DNA of 64,000 nucleotides from Thermodesulfobacteriota bacterium (GTDB taxonomy: Bacteria > Desulfobacterota_D > UBA1144 > Nemesobacterales > UBA2774), in contig OZ244991.1 in assembly GCA_965223335.1 (NCBI GenBank), forward strand, positions 1,664,001 through 1,728,000. Reading direction: 5' to 3'. A model generated the notes under the pieces. It was not told where the DNA came from, made no database searches, and saw only the letters and a list, made by a program, of their open reading frames with translations. Below are positions 49,133 to 59,976 of the stretch, piece after piece. Numbering within the stretch: position 1 is the stretch's first letter; each line of letters starts with the position of its first letter. Made by a program: the position numbers and the translations under genes.

Positions 49133-50955
49133 TGTATCTGTGCCTCCTTTTTTTCCGATACGGCAAGTTGGCTTTCCTGTGTCATGATGTCTTTTACGAG
49201 CCCGGCGGGTCTGTATGGAATGCCGTCGTAACGTATTATGCTTATGATTTTATTTTCAGGAGCACCCTGGTGCATGAGCAGGTGTGCAAGTTGCGCGCCG
49301 CCGTTTTGCTCAACGACATACACTCGGTCGCGCTCCCTTATAAACTCCAATATATCATCGAGTACAGGCCACAGTGTTCTGGGCTGTAGGAACTGCATAT
49401 CCATACCCTCTTTGTTCATCATCTCCATTGCTTCGAGTATAACCCCGAATAAAAACCCGGTACCTATGATCCCGACACTGGCATTGGGGTCGCCGTAGCG
49501 TCTGGCTTTGGGTAGGACTTCTTTTGCCTGCTCTATTTTGTCCCTGCGTTTTTCCATCATATTAATTCTGTTCTCGGGATCAGTGGACACAAGCCCCCAC
49601 TCGTTGTGCTCATTACCTGTCACCAGCGACATCCCACCCTTTGTGCCGGGTATTGCGACTGGGGAAATATTGTCTTCCGTAAGCTCATACCTCTTATAGT
49701 ACCCCTGCTTTTCAATCTCTTCTGCGGTGATTCTCTTGCCTGGGGTAACTGCCAGATTGTCCATATCATATGGGTCAACGGTTGCAATATTTTGCGAGAT
49801 TGCCTGGTCCATGGCAATGATCACGGGGCACTGATAGGTGTCGGCCAGGTTTGTAGCTTCCACTGCCAAATAGAAGCAGTCTTCCGGGTGTCCGGGCGAG
49901 AGCACAATACGCGGGAAATCCCCGTGTCCGCCAAACACCATGAGGTTAAAGTCGCTCTGTTCGGGTTTTGTAGGCATCCCGGTGCTAGGACCCGACCTCT
50001 GGCAGTCCACTATAACGAGCGGTATCTCGCCCGATCCTGTCTGTCCGAATCCTTCCTGCATAAGCGAGAGCCCCGGGCCCGATGTGGCAGTCATGGTCCT
50101 GGTACCTGTTAATGCGGCACCTATAGCCATATTTATACCCGAGAGTTCGTCTTCGGTTTGACGTGCAACCCCGCCATATTGCGGCAACCATTTTTGTAAG
50201 TTCTCTAGTATTTCAGACGAAGGAGTGATTGGATAGCCTGTGAAAAACCTGCCCCCGGCTACTAAAAACCCGAGTGCTACGGACTCGTTCCCTGTAATCA
50301 ACAGATGCTTCTCCGGGGTCGAGTGCTCTACACGGTATAGACCTTGTCCTTCTTCAATCCCTCTTTCACTGGCCATATGGAACCCGAGTGTGAGGGCTTC
50401 TAGGTTATATTCGAGTATTACCTGTCCCATTCTCTGGAACCTTTTTTTGAATATGTCTCGGAGTTTTTCGTCTTCCAGCCCTAGGAGCCTGCCTACCACA
50501 CCAAATGCTATACTGTTTTTATATAGCTCACGGCGCATGGTACGCATTGCGATGCGGTTAAATGGTGCCGCATATAGTGTAGCCCCTTTGGGCAGCATAT
50601 CTTCGGGCAGTTTCCCGCTTGAATCGTCAAAAACAATAACACTATCTGAGTCCAGATGACGGAGGTTCTTCTCAATTGCTTCTTCATCGAAAGCAACCAA
50701 CAAAGTGATCTTGCTTCCTATACAGTATCTATCTCCGATAAATGCACGCATTGTGGCTGCGGCATGCCCGCCTCTTATTCGCGATAAAACATCACGTTCT
50801 GTATATACGTTATGGCCGCTGTCTCTAAGTAGCTCTGCCAAGAGTGTGATCACAGTAAGAGAACCGTCACCACCCTGGCCGGCCACTATTACGTTTATAT
50901 CCTCAAGTACCGGTAAGTCGTTACTTGCTCCCATTTTTGCTCTGTTTTCCTCCAT
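49129..50955 (-). CDS. 2-oxoacid:ferredoxin oxidoreductase alpha subunit with fused gamma domain (KorA-like)
   Basis: GQGGDG, SRIRGG, YPITPS, EDE, TSGPG, QRSGPSTGMPT; start may be ATG 50934. Confidence 0.92.
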   Translation of the reverse strand: MEENRAKMGASNDLPVLEDINVIVAGQGGDGSLTVITLLAELLRDSGHNVYTERDVLSRIRGGHAAATMRAFIGDRYCIGSKITLLVAFDEEAIEKNLRHLDSDSVIVFDDSSGKLPEDMLPKGATLYAAPFNRIAMRTMRRELYKNSIAFGVVGRLLGLEDEKLRDIFKKRFQRMGQVILEYNLEALTLGFHMASERGIEEGQGLYRVEHSTPEKHLLITGNESVALGFLVAGGRFFTGYPITPSSEILENLQKWLPQYGGVARQTEDELSGINMAIGAALTGTRTMTATSGPGLSLMQEGFGQTGSGEIPLVIVDCQRSGPSTGMPTKPEQSDFNLMVFGGHGDFPRIVLSPGHPEDCFYLAVEATNLADTYQCPVIIAMDQAISQNIATVDPYDMDNLAVTPGKRITAEEIEKQGYYKRYELTEDNISPVAIPGTKGGMSLVTGNEHNEWGLVSTDPENRINMMEKRRDKIEQAKEVLPKARRYGDPNASVGIIGTGFLFGVILEAMEMMNKEGMDMQFLQPRTLWPVLDDILEFIRERDRVYVVEQNGGAQLAHLLMHQGAPENKIISIIRYDGIPYRPAGLVKDIMTQESQLAVSEKKEAQIQ

Positions 50956-52198
50956 CTGTAGGGTTGTAGTCTTTATATAAAGTTTTAGGGTTGGTATTGC
51001 CCATATTGATGCGTTCCTGGAGTGTAGGCATCAATGCGGGCAGGGGTTTGTTCCTTTTTATGTTGCAAAGTTTTATCAGCAGAGACTTCGAGCGCGGCAC
51101 AGAATCCACGGGCATCGTTTCAAACAGGTCGTCGTCCATCGCTGCCTGGAACGCTTCGTGTCCGGCCTCGGTGCGCACCGCCACAAATGTCCAACCGTCA
51201 AGCCCTATACCCCCGACACCTATGTCTGCATGCTCCGCCGAGTAGTCAAGGCAGTATAGGCATGCAGGGCGGGCAAACGGATGGAAGTCTTTTAGCTTCA
51301 TTATCTCCTCGCGCCCGTCTCTAAGTGTAATGATCACTTTTCCCTTCACATTTACATTAACAATATCAATGGGTTTTACATCAAGGGCTTCTGCAATGTA
51401 GCCGATATGCTCATGTGTAAAACTCTCCGAGCAAAATAGCCCGATTACAAGAGACACGTTTTTTTGATACCATTTTGCGACCTCAAGGCGGATGCTGCTG
51501 TACTGCTGCTGCCTCACACCGTCCACCTGGCACGGCACCCCGACTACCGCCAGGGGTTTTACATCGCGCTTCATAGCCTCTTGCAATGCAACTGTGTTTG
51601 GCGAGTATGTGTAACGCGACCCGCTGCACTGTAGGATCTCATCGGGGGTTGTTGCAAGCTTCTGTACACCCACCTGCGGGTTCTCAGGCTCTACATCCCC
51701 CGCCACTACACCTTTTATTGTGCCCTTGTTCATGGCATGTACTAATAGTGCACTTGTTACTCCGCCGTCTTGTCCCCTCTTTAAAAATTCCGGGTCTTTA
51801 GCGCGTGCTAGCACCGCATAGCTGTAGGGGCCGAAACCCTCGTCGATTATGGGCTGTTTAAAGCCCAACAGGTTTTGAAGGTCTTTGTCGAGTGGTCTTA
51901 GCACAGGGCAGACATCTGCGCACAATTCACAGAACACACATGCGTCTTTGCGAGTGTCTACCGGGTGTTCGTCTTTGTAATCAAATACATCGGTAGGGCA
52001 TATGGTCACACATGCAGCGCATCCCACACACTTGCCTGTGTCCACGATTTCGTCCATGAGAAAATCTACCGCTTTAAACCCGCCCCTGTTCAGCTCCGAA
52101 CGCCATGCGTATGCCCATTCGTAGGGATCAACACCCTCTGCGAGCATCTCTTTGTAACGTTTTTGTACAGACTCAACTAATTTGTCGCTATTACGCAT
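50921..52198 (-). CDS. FrhB-family (F420 hydrogenase/dehydrogenase beta subunit-like) flavoprotein with N-terminal 2x[4Fe-4S] domain
   Basis: CVGCAACVTICP and CVFCELCADVCP; GQDGGVTS, SRYT, GVPCQ, GLFC, CLYC. Confidence 0.88.
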   Translation of the reverse strand: MRNSDKLVESVQKRYKEMLAEGVDPYEWAYAWRSELNRGGFKAVDFLMDEIVDTGKCVGCAACVTICPTDVFDYKDEHPVDTRKDACVFCELCADVCPVLRPLDKDLQNLLGFKQPIIDEGFGPYSYAVLARAKDPEFLKRGQDGGVTSALLVHAMNKGTIKGVVAGDVEPENPQVGVQKLATTPDEILQCSGSRYTYSPNTVALQEAMKRDVKPLAVVGVPCQVDGVRQQQYSSIRLEVAKWYQKNVSLVIGLFCSESFTHEHIGYIAEALDVKPIDIVNVNVKGKVIITLRDGREEIMKLKDFHPFARPACLYCLDYSAEHADIGVGGIGLDGWTFVAVRTEAGHEAFQAAMDDDLFETMPVDSVPRSKSLLIKLCNIKRNKPLPALMPTLQERINMGNTNPKTLYKDYNPTDGGKQSKNGSK

Positions 52199-52592
52199 AT
52201 TAAAAGCCCCTTAATTTTGTTGTCGGCCGAGGATCATGCGCTATCATTTTGAGTATCATCTGACACCTTCGAGTCATCATATAATTATACTTCTATATCG
52301 ATAGAAAATCCCGGCAAGGTACATAGCCTAACGGTTTGTAATTATTCAGTCTTATCCTTTTTTTGTCCTCTTTTTTGTACTGAAATACTGCTAAATACAC
52401 CACTTTAATAACATAGTTGGACTGTTTAGTCAATTTTAGCGAAAATATAGTTCTATTCATCAGATTCAGATACGCTAAATTAGCCTATAATTATAACTTA
52501 TATCACCCATTCTAATTCGCTTGACATCATATAATTATAGATTATTTTCCTCAGTATAGGGTTAATTTTCTTTTATATTCAAACTCACCTAT

Positions 52593-53516
52593 ATGATTCA
52601 TGTAGAGCACCTTACTAAGAGATACGGTGACATTGTTGCGGTAGACGATCTGTCGTTCGATGTAAAGAGGGGCGAGGTCCTCGGATTTTTGGGGCCCAAC
52701 GGCGCCGGTAAGACCACTTCCATGCGTATGCTCACAGGCTACCTCCCCCCCACAGCCGGGACTATCGAGATCGGGGGCTATGACATATTCAACAACCCGC
52801 ACGAAGCCAAGATGCACATAGGATATCTGCCCGAGAACCCTCCTATCTATAATGATATGTCTGTAGCGGACTATCTGGATTTTGTTGCCGATCTAAAGCA
52901 GGTGGCGGCTGGGGATAAATCAAGGCAGGTCTCGGAAGTGATAGAGAGCTGTGGTATTGGGGATGTGAAAAACCGACTCATAGGTAATCTGTCGCGGGGC
53001 TACAAGCAGCGCATCGGGATCGCACAGGCACTGGTGAGCGACCCCTCGGTGGTTATTTTGGACGAACCCACCGTGGGACTAGACCCCAAACAGATTATCG
53101 AGATCAGGGAACTCATAAGGAATCTTGCAGACCACAAGACCGTGGTGCTGAGCACTCATATTCTGCCCGAGGTCACTATGGTGTGTAGCAAAGTGATTAT
53201 TATTAATAGGGGCAAAATGGCGCTCGAGCAAAGACTCGATTCTCTCTCTGATGATAGCAATAAAAACCATTATATATCTTTTAAAGTTAATGGCGATAGC
53301 TTTGGGGTTAAGTCACTCATAAGTACGATGGACGGAGTGGAGAACATAACCGAGTCTAATCGGGGCGAGTTTGAGGTAGAGGCCCGGGACGGTCTGGATT
53401 TGCGCGAGGGACTCTCAAAGCTATTGGTTGATAACGGCTTTGGGCTGCTAGAGATCAAGTCTCACTCGCAAACTATCGAAGAGGTGTTCCTAAGCGTGAT
53501 CTCAACAGAAGGTTAG
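52593..53516 (+). CDS. ABC exporter ATP-binding subunit (GldA-like)
   Basis: GPNGAGKT, LSRGYKQR, ILDEPT, STH. Confidence 0.93.
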   Translation: MIHVEHLTKRYGDIVAVDDLSFDVKRGEVLGFLGPNGAGKTTSMRMLTGYLPPTAGTIEIGGYDIFNNPHEAKMHIGYLPENPPIYNDMSVADYLDFVADLKQVAAGDKSRQVSEVIESCGIGDVKNRLIGNLSRGYKQRIGIAQALVSDPSVVILDEPTVGLDPKQIIEIRELIRNLADHKTVVLSTHILPEVTMVCSKVIIINRGKMALEQRLDSLSDDSNKNHYISFKVNGDSFGVKSLISTMDGVENITESNRGEFEVEARDGLDLREGLSKLLVDNGFGLLEIKSHSQTIEEVFLSVISTEG

Positions 53517-53519
53517 TGT

Positions 53520-54272
53520 ATGGATCAAATTTTACCGATTCTAAAAAAAGAGCTCCGGTCCTATTTTTCCTCGCCCCTGGCCTATGTAATATTATTCGTT
53601 TTTCAAATCATTACGGGTTGGTTTTTCTACATCTATCTTATCCAGTACGTAAATGCTGGCCTCGACCCTGATTACCATATCTTGAAGGGAGTACTCAATC
53701 TAAACGAGTTCGTTATAAGGCAGTATATGCGAACCATAAGCATCGTGTTCTTGCTGATGCTCCCGCTGGTTTCGATGAGACTTATCTCCGAAGAGCGCCG
53801 ACAGCACACCTACGAGCTTATGTTCACCTCCCCCGTGTCAGTTCACAGCATCATACTGGGCAAGTACCTTGCAGCGCTTGTGCTCTTGGTGCTAATGCTT
53901 GGGCTTTCGGGTCTAAATATATTTTTATTGTTACGGTACGGTAACCCCGAGGTCCTGCCGATTCTAAGCGGGTATCTGGGGCTATTTTTGCTCGGGGCCA
54001 CTTACCTGTCGCTGGGCTTGTTTGCCTCTTCGATCACAAAGCACCAGATGATCGCAGGGATTGTGTCGTTCGGCATACTGCTCTTTCTTTGGATGGTGGG
54101 TGCATTGGCGGGTGAGAGCAGCGGGGTGCTCCAGTACCTATCGATCATCTATCATTTCGAGAGTTTTTCCAAAGGTGTGTTTGAGCTTAGGGACCTCGTG
54201 TACTATCTGTCGTTCATATTCTTTGGGCTCTTTATCACCTGGAGGGTGTTGGAATCGGAGAGGTGGCGATGA
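53520..54272 (+). CDS. ABC-2 permease (GldF-like)
   Basis: KELRSYFSSP, MRLISEER, TSPV...ILGKY; about 6 TM. Confidence 0.88.
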   Translation: MDQILPILKKELRSYFSSPLAYVILFVFQIITGWFFYIYLIQYVNAGLDPDYHILKGVLNLNEFVIRQYMRTISIVFLLMLPLVSMRLISEERRQHTYELMFTSPVSVHSIILGKYLAALVLLVLMLGLSGLNIFLLLRYGNPEVLPILSGYLGLFLLGATYLSLGLFASSITKHQMIAGIVSFGILLFLWMVGALAGESSGVLQYLSIIYHFESFSKGVFELRDLVYYLSFIFFGLFITWRVLESERWR

Positions 54273-55630
54273 GCACCAGGCGTTTTCTATACGGTTCAAA
54301 TGCGGTTTTATCCGTTCTCTTAGTTGTCGCGATTTTGGTGCTGCTTAACTATATAGTGGATAGACACAGTGTAAGGGTTGACCTTACCGAGGGGCAGATA
54401 CACTCGATCTCCGACCAAACCGAAAACGTGCTAGAAGGCATTTATAACGAGGTAGAGATCCTTGCTTTCTTTGACGAGTCCGGTGTGGACTGGGATGAAT
54501 TCAGAGACCTCCTTGACGAGTACACAAAGCGGTCGTCGAATCTAGTGGTCAGGTACATCGACCCCGACAAGTCACCGGGCCTTGCGACCAAGTACGGGGT
54601 GGTGGATTTTAGCACTGTTGTGGTCAAGGATGAAAATAGAGAGATAAAACTTGAGCTCTCGAACCCCCTCACTGGGGGCATTGCCGAAAACGCAGAGGAG
54701 CAGATCACAAACGCACTGGTGCGGTTGTCTAAAAACGATGCCAAGTCTGTGTATTTTGCCACGGGTCACGGCGAGCGCGACCACCGTGACGACCTTGAGC
54801 CCAAGGGGCTTGGACTGCTTTACAGGTCTATCAGGAACGACGGCTACAACGTGGACGGGATTGTGTTGTTAAAGGACAACAACCTTGCAGGGGGCTCGTC
54901 GGTCCTTATCATGGCCAGCCCCAAAGAAAAGCTTTCGGACCAGGAGAAAGAGACGATAGACAACTTTCTTAATAGCGGTGGCAAGGCAATTTTTATGGTC
55001 GAGCCCAAATCCGGCTACGATCTCGTCCGCATGCTAAGGCGTTACGGTGTGATGTTAAACGACGACGTAGTGATCGACCCCTCCTCAAAGCTCGTGGGCG
55101 GAGGGGATATCTCGCCCATAGTTTCCGAATACGTGCCGCACGATATTACATACGACTACAAACTCCTCACTATCTACCCTTACACGAGGAGCATAGATAT
55201 AGACCCTAAGCGAAACAGCCTTGCCAAGCTCATTGCAAAGACCGGGGAGTACAGCTGGTCCGAGAACAACTTCGAGCTTTTTGATGAGGGTATAGCCGAG
55301 CAGAATGAGAGTGATGTCGCAGGCCCCGTGGGTGTTGTAGCAGTTGCCGAAACCGATCGAGGGGGCAGGATTGCTGTCTTTGGTGGTGTGGATTTTGCAT
55401 CAAACAGGTTTTTGGATTTTTACGGCAACAAAGACTTTATTCTAAACACCCTCAACTGGGTTGCTGGGGAAGAGAACTATATCTCTATCAGACCTCGCTA
55501 CGCAAAAGAGAGTGTGATCACAATCACAGAGGATCAAATCAACAAGCTCTTTGGCTTCAGTGTCATAGCGCTTCCTTTGGTTATAATTTTGCTTGGCACC
55601 ATAGTATGGTGGAGAAGGAGGGGTATGTAG
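54263..55630 (+). CDS. GldG-like ABC auxiliary component
   Basis: RVDLT, YIDP, EEQITNAL, YFATGHGE, N.DF..N.LNW; TM at both ends. Confidence 0.85.
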   Translation: MAMSTRRFLYGSNAVLSVLLVVAILVLLNYIVDRHSVRVDLTEGQIHSISDQTENVLEGIYNEVEILAFFDESGVDWDEFRDLLDEYTKRSSNLVVRYIDPDKSPGLATKYGVVDFSTVVVKDENREIKLELSNPLTGGIAENAEEQITNALVRLSKNDAKSVYFATGHGERDHRDDLEPKGLGLLYRSIRNDGYNVDGIVLLKDNNLAGGSSVLIMASPKEKLSDQEKETIDNFLNSGGKAIFMVEPKSGYDLVRMLRRYGVMLNDDVVIDPSSKLVGGGDISPIVSEYVPHDITYDYKLLTIYPYTRSIDIDPKRNSLAKLIAKTGEYSWSENNFELFDEGIAEQNESDVAGPVGVVAVAETDRGGRIAVFGGVDFASNRFLDFYGNKDFILNTLNWVAGEENYISIRPRYAKESVITITEDQINKLFGFSVIALPLVIILLGTIVWWRRRGM

Positions 55631-55646
55631 TCCGTACCTAGACCTC

Positions 55647-56183
55647 ATGAATAGATACATAAAACAGTTCCCGGGCACCTTTGCGGCAATCTGTATATTG
55701 GCTGTGCTGGGCCTCTATCTGCTGTTGTTTGAAAATGATGATGCTAAGAATAAGCCCCCGGAGAGCACAAACGTAATCCAAGATGTAGAGTCTTTGGATC
55801 GCGCAGACTACATAGAGCTTCTTTATCGCTCCCAGGGAATAGTGCTCGAGCGAGAGGCCGCTACGTGGTGGCTCGTCGAGGACGATAACAGAAAAAGAGC
55901 CGATTCCACATCGGTTGAGAATTTAATTAACGAGATAAAGAAGATGCGTGTGCATAAAACCAGCACAGAGAATAAGGTAGATACGGATCTCTACGGGCTC
56001 GATAACCCGGTTGTGATCATAACCCTCCGATCGCGCGGGTCAGAGTATGTTTTCTATGTTGGTAACGAGGCCCCCGCCAGCAACTCTCGTTATGTACAGA
56101 GCGCCGATACCACTGACATTATGGTTATAGACGAGCGCTATCTTGCCCCTCTAATCGATATCACTTCAAAGGATTTACAATAA
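55647..56183 (+). CDS. DUF4340-like protein
   Basis: N-terminal TM; AD...V, YGLDNP, VG..AP; follows the GldG-like gene. Confidence 0.7.
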   Translation: MNRYIKQFPGTFAAICILAVLGLYLLLFENDDAKNKPPESTNVIQDVESLDRADYIELLYRSQGIVLEREAATWWLVEDDNRKRADSTSVENLINEIKKMRVHKTSTENKVDTDLYGLDNPVVIITLRSRGSEYVFYVGNEAPASNSRYVQSADTTDIMVIDERYLAPLIDITSKDLQ

Positions 56184-56190
56184 ACGCTAT

Positions 56191-57996
56191 TTATTGATCT
56201 GCTTTCTCTTTGTTTTTTATATCCAGTTTGATGCCTAGTTCTAGCAGCTGGTCAATGGACACAGGCGACGGAGCCTCTGTCAGCGGGCATAGCCCCTTTT
56301 GAGTTTTTGGGAACGCTATAACATCCCTTATGGATGTAGCCCCGCATATCAGCATGACGATCCTGTCGAGCCCAAGTGCAATACCCCCGTGCGGCGGTGC
56401 CCCGAACTCAAGCGCGTCCAACAGGAATCCAAACTTGTTTCGAGCCTCTTCTTTGCTGAGCCCGATCACATCGAATATTTTTTCCTGTATGTCCTTCCTA
56501 TAGTTCCTTATGCTGCCCCCGCCTATCTCTACACCGTTTAAAACCACATCATACGCCCGAGACATTACTTCACCGTGCTTGGAATCGAGCAGCGGGATGT
56601 CCTCTTCTTTGGGTGACGTAAAAGGGTGGTGCATTGCCACGTAGCGTTTTTCGTTGTGGTCAAAATCCAGTAGCGGGAAGTCCTCGACCCAAAGGAAGTT
56701 AAGTTTCTCTGGGTCAATCATTCCGAACAGCTCCCCGAAATGAAGTCTTAGGTGCGAGAGCACCAGGTTTACGATATGGGGCGAGTCGGCACCGAAAAAC
56801 ACAATATCCCCGTCCTCGATGTCAACTGTATCTTTAAGTGCTGCGCGTTCCTCGTCACTAAAGAACTTGGTTATGGGCGACTGCCACTCGCCGTCCGCAA
56901 CCCTTATCCATGCTAATCCCTTAGCACCCAAAGATTTGGCCACATCCGTAAGGTCGTCGATCTCTTTTCTAGAGAGCTCGGGGCCTTTACCTTTTAGATT
57001 AAGGGCTTTTATGATGCCACCGTGTTTAATAGCCCCGCTGAACACCTTAAACTCAGACTCTTTGAATATCTCGGATATGTCCACAAGTTCCATGCCAAAC
57101 CGCGTATCGGGTCTGTCGGTTCCATACCTAAGTGTTGCCTCCTCGTGGGTCATTCGCGGAAACGGTGTGGGTATCTCTACCTCCTTTGTTTCCAGGAATA
57201 TGGCTTTTAATATGCCTTCTACTACCTTCATAATATCGTCCTCGCCTATGAACGACATCTCGAGGTCAACCTGTGTGAATTCGGGTTGGCGGTCGGCTCT
57301 CAGGTCCTCGTCCCTAAAGCAGCGCACTATTTGGTAATAGCGGTCAAAGCCCGATACCATCAGTGTCTGTTTTAGGAGCTGTGGCGATTGGGGCAGTGCA
57401 TAGAACTCGCCCTGGTTAAGGCGGCTCGGGACCAAAAAGTCCCTTGCCCCCTCGGGTGTGGACCTGGTCAGATAGGGGGTTTCGATCTCTATGAATCCCT
57501 CCGAGTTTAGAAACGATCTTGTAGCCGAGACCGATTTATGCCGAAGCATGATATTATCTCTCATTGCGTTTCTTCTAAGGTCCAGGAACCTGTACTTCAT
57601 CCTAATGAACTCATCAACGTTGATTTCATCCTCTATCAGAAACGGCAGTACGTTGGATGTGTTTAGCACACGGAGCTCGTCTGCAAAGACCTCTACCTCC
57701 CCGGTTTTTAGGTTGGGATTAATCGTCTCGTCTGTTCTTTTGGCCACCTTGCCCTTTATTGCGATCACCCACTCGTCCCTAACGGCTTCTGCTTTTGTAT
57801 GGACATCTTTGCTTACCTCGGGATTACACACAATCTGTACCAGCCCCTCTCGGTCGCGGAGGTCAAGGAATATCACACCTCCGTGGTCCCTGTGTGATTG
57901 CACCCATCCCATTAGCGTTACCTCATGGCCCTCGTCTTCAGTTGTAATGACCCCGCAGTAATCCGATCTAACCCAATCTCCAATCAGCTCAAGCAT
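56191..57996 (-). CDS. aspS: Aspartate-tRNA ligase
   Basis: RDHGG, RYRFLDLR-like motif, [29 protein letters not shown]. Confidence 0.98.
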   Translation of the reverse strand: MLELIGDWVRSDYCGVITTEDEGHEVTLMGWVQSHRDHGGVIFLDLRDREGLVQIVCNPEVSKDVHTKAEAVRDEWVIAIKGKVAKRTDETINPNLKTGEVEVFADELRVLNTSNVLPFLIEDEINVDEFIRMKYRFLDLRRNAMRDNIMLRHKSVSATRSFLNSEGFIEIETPYLTRSTPEGARDFLVPSRLNQGEFYALPQSPQLLKQTLMVSGFDRYYQIVRCFRDEDLRADRQPEFTQVDLEMSFIGEDDIMKVVEGILKAIFLETKEVEIPTPFPRMTHEEATLRYGTDRPDTRFGMELVDISEIFKESEFKVFSGAIKHGGIIKALNLKGKGPELSRKEIDDLTDVAKSLGAKGLAWIRVADGEWQSPITKFFSDEERAALKDTVDIEDGDIVFFGADSPHIVNLVLSHLRLHFGELFGMIDPEKLNFLWVEDFPLLDFDHNEKRYVAMHHPFTSPKEEDIPLLDSKHGEVMSRAYDVVLNGVEIGGGSIRNYRKDIQEKIFDVIGLSKEEARNKFGFLLDALEFGAPPHGGIALGLDRIVMLICGATSIRDVIAFPKTQKGLCPLTEAPSPVSIDQLLELGIKLDIKNKEKADQ

Positions 57997-58135
57997 AAAA
58001 TTAAAACTCCTTTAGATTTCGTTTTGACGGGAGAAAATGTTAACTTTATTAAAGTCCCTTAGCAAGATAGCAGTAAAGAGAGAAATGCTGTTTATCTTAG
58101 GGGCCTATTACTGGCTTAAAATCGAGTTTCTATAG

Positions 58136-59047
58136 TTGACCCACACCACAAAAGACAACAATAACAAATTTCGATCGGGCTTCGTCTCAATTGTCGGCAG
58201 ACCCAATGTGGGCAAGTCCACACTGCTAAACGCCTTAGTGGGCGAGAAACTCTCTGCCGTGTCCCCAAAGCCCAACACCACGCGAAACAGGATCACGGGG
58301 ATAAAGACTACAAAGAGCTCCCAGATTGTGTTTCTCGACACCCCCGGGATCTACAAATCAAAGAACCTTTTGGGAAAGACCATGGTGCGTACCGCTAGGG
58401 ACACCCTGGCTGAGGGCGACCTGGTTATTTTCATGATAGAGGTCTCGGACCCCTTTGGCCCTGGCGACAGGTTTATCTTAAAAAATTTATCTAAACCCGT
58501 GGTGTTGGTGATAAACAAAATCGATACGGTGAAAAAATCTAAACTCCTCACAATAATAAACCAGGCGGCTCGTTACGAGGACAAGTTCCTTGAGATTATC
58601 CCAATCTCTGCCGAGACCCATGACGGAGTGGATATTTTAGAAAACACCATAGTCAAGTACCTGCCCGAGGGCCCTAAATACTTCCCCGACGATATGATCA
58701 CAGACCAGCCCGAGAGGTTCCTGGTGGCCGAATTGATCAGGGAAAAGATATTCATCCTCACACATGAAGAGATCCCCTACCGCACTGCTGTGGCCATAGA
58801 GGACTATTACGAGGACGAGACGAAAGGTCTACTTAACATCCATGCGGTCATATATGTAGAGAGAAAGAACCACAAGGGTATTGTGATCGGCAAACGGGGA
58901 GCGCTCTTAAAAGAGATCGGCACACTGGCTCGTAAAGAGATCGAGGGCATACTCGGGATTAAGGTCTATCTTGAGCTCTGGGTAAAGGTCATGGACAAAT
59001 GGACCGACCGCTCCAACCTGATCAGGGAGTTCGGTTACAGTACCTAA
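58136..59047 (+). CDS. era: GTPase Era
   Basis: GRPNVGKS, TTR, DTPG, NKID, EEIPY, VIGKRG KH domain. Confidence 0.97.
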   Translation: MTHTTKDNNNKFRSGFVSIVGRPNVGKSTLLNALVGEKLSAVSPKPNTTRNRITGIKTTKSSQIVFLDTPGIYKSKNLLGKTMVRTARDTLAEGDLVIFMIEVSDPFGPGDRFILKNLSKPVVLVINKIDTVKKSKLLTIINQAARYEDKFLEIIPISAETHDGVDILENTIVKYLPEGPKYFPDDMITDQPERFLVAELIREKIFILTHEEIPYRTAVAIEDYYEDETKGLLNIHAVIYVERKNHKGIVIGKRGALLKEIGTLARKEIEGILGIKVYLELWVKVMDKWTDRSNLIREFGYST

Positions 59048-59050
59048 AGG

Positions 59051-59833
59051 TCATTCGCCTTTAAACACCGGTTTTCTTTTTTCGCTGAAAGCACGCCTGC
59101 CTTCTTTGTAATCGGCGCTGTTTTGCAATTTGTCCAGCAATTCTCTCACAACCTTTTGCTCAGTTTCACTCAGTTGGACGTTCCTCTGCCACGCATTCGT
59201 CATCTCTTTTAGAGTTATAAGCGAGAGAGGGGCGTTCTCTGCTATTTCCACCGCCATATCCATGGTGAATCGTTCCAGGTCCTCACTCGGGACTGTGAAG
59301 TTCACAAGCCCTATTTCGCAGGCCCTCTCCGAGCTTATCGGTCTGCCGATCAGGAATAGCTCTTTCGTATAGCCGGGCCCTATGAGTTTTAAAAACTTCT
59401 TAAGCCCGCTAAATGTATATGCCACTCCTAGTTTTGCCGGGGGTATAGCCAGTTTTGAGCCTGCCCGAGCAACCCTGATGTCACAGGTAACAGCGATCTC
59501 GAGCCCGGCCCCAAATGTGTGGCCGTTTATCATTGCGATAACAGGGTATGGGAAGTTCTCGATGGAATCTACCGCTAAAGATAGCGGATGGTCGCTCTCA
59601 TAATCACGCAGCATATCGCTATCCCCAATAGCCGTTATATCGTAGCCCGATGAAAACACCTTGTCCCCGGCCCCCTTAATGACGATGCACCTGGTTTTAT
59701 CCTCGAGCTTAAGGCGCTCTATAGCGGAGTGCAGATCACCCAGCATCTCTACGCTAAGCAGGTTGCGTTTCTCGGGTCTATTGAGTGTAATTGTGCATAC
59801 ACGTCCCTGTTGCTCAAGATCTATGTGCGACAA
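59051..59833 (-). CDS. Enoyl-CoA hydratase/isomerase (crotonase) family protein
   Basis: LNRPEKRN, FSSGYD, GAGLE, EGRRAFSEKRKP.FKG. Confidence 0.9.
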   Translation of the reverse strand: MSHIDLEQQGRVCTITLNRPEKRNLLSVEMLGDLHSAIERLKLEDKTRCIVIKGAGDKVFSSGYDITAIGDSDMLRDYESDHPLSLAVDSIENFPYPVIAMINGHTFGAGLEIAVTCDIRVARAGSKLAIPPAKLGVAYTFSGLKKFLKLIGPGYTKELFLIGRPISSERACEIGLVNFTVPSEDLERFTMDMAVEIAENAPLSLITLKEMTNAWQRNVQLSETEQKVVRELLDKLQNSADYKEGRRAFSEKRKPVFKGE

Positions 59834-59976
59834 ACCGTTTTCTCCCGATACACCTTCAAATACTATTATCTATATGCTATTTTTTTTCAAACAAAATCCC
59901 AATCAGTTACATATGTACTAGAGCTAATGTAAAATTTTAGTTATTATTAACGCTTCACAGAATTAAGGGGGACATA

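Noticed and set aside
52313..52329. sigma54 promoter for the frhB-korAB operon
   Set aside because: Spacing is GG-N11-GC; sigma54 requires N10
52593..56183. Gliding motility locus
   Set aside because: GldA/F/G-like ABC sets are widespread in non-gliding bacteria and no other gliding genes are in the window
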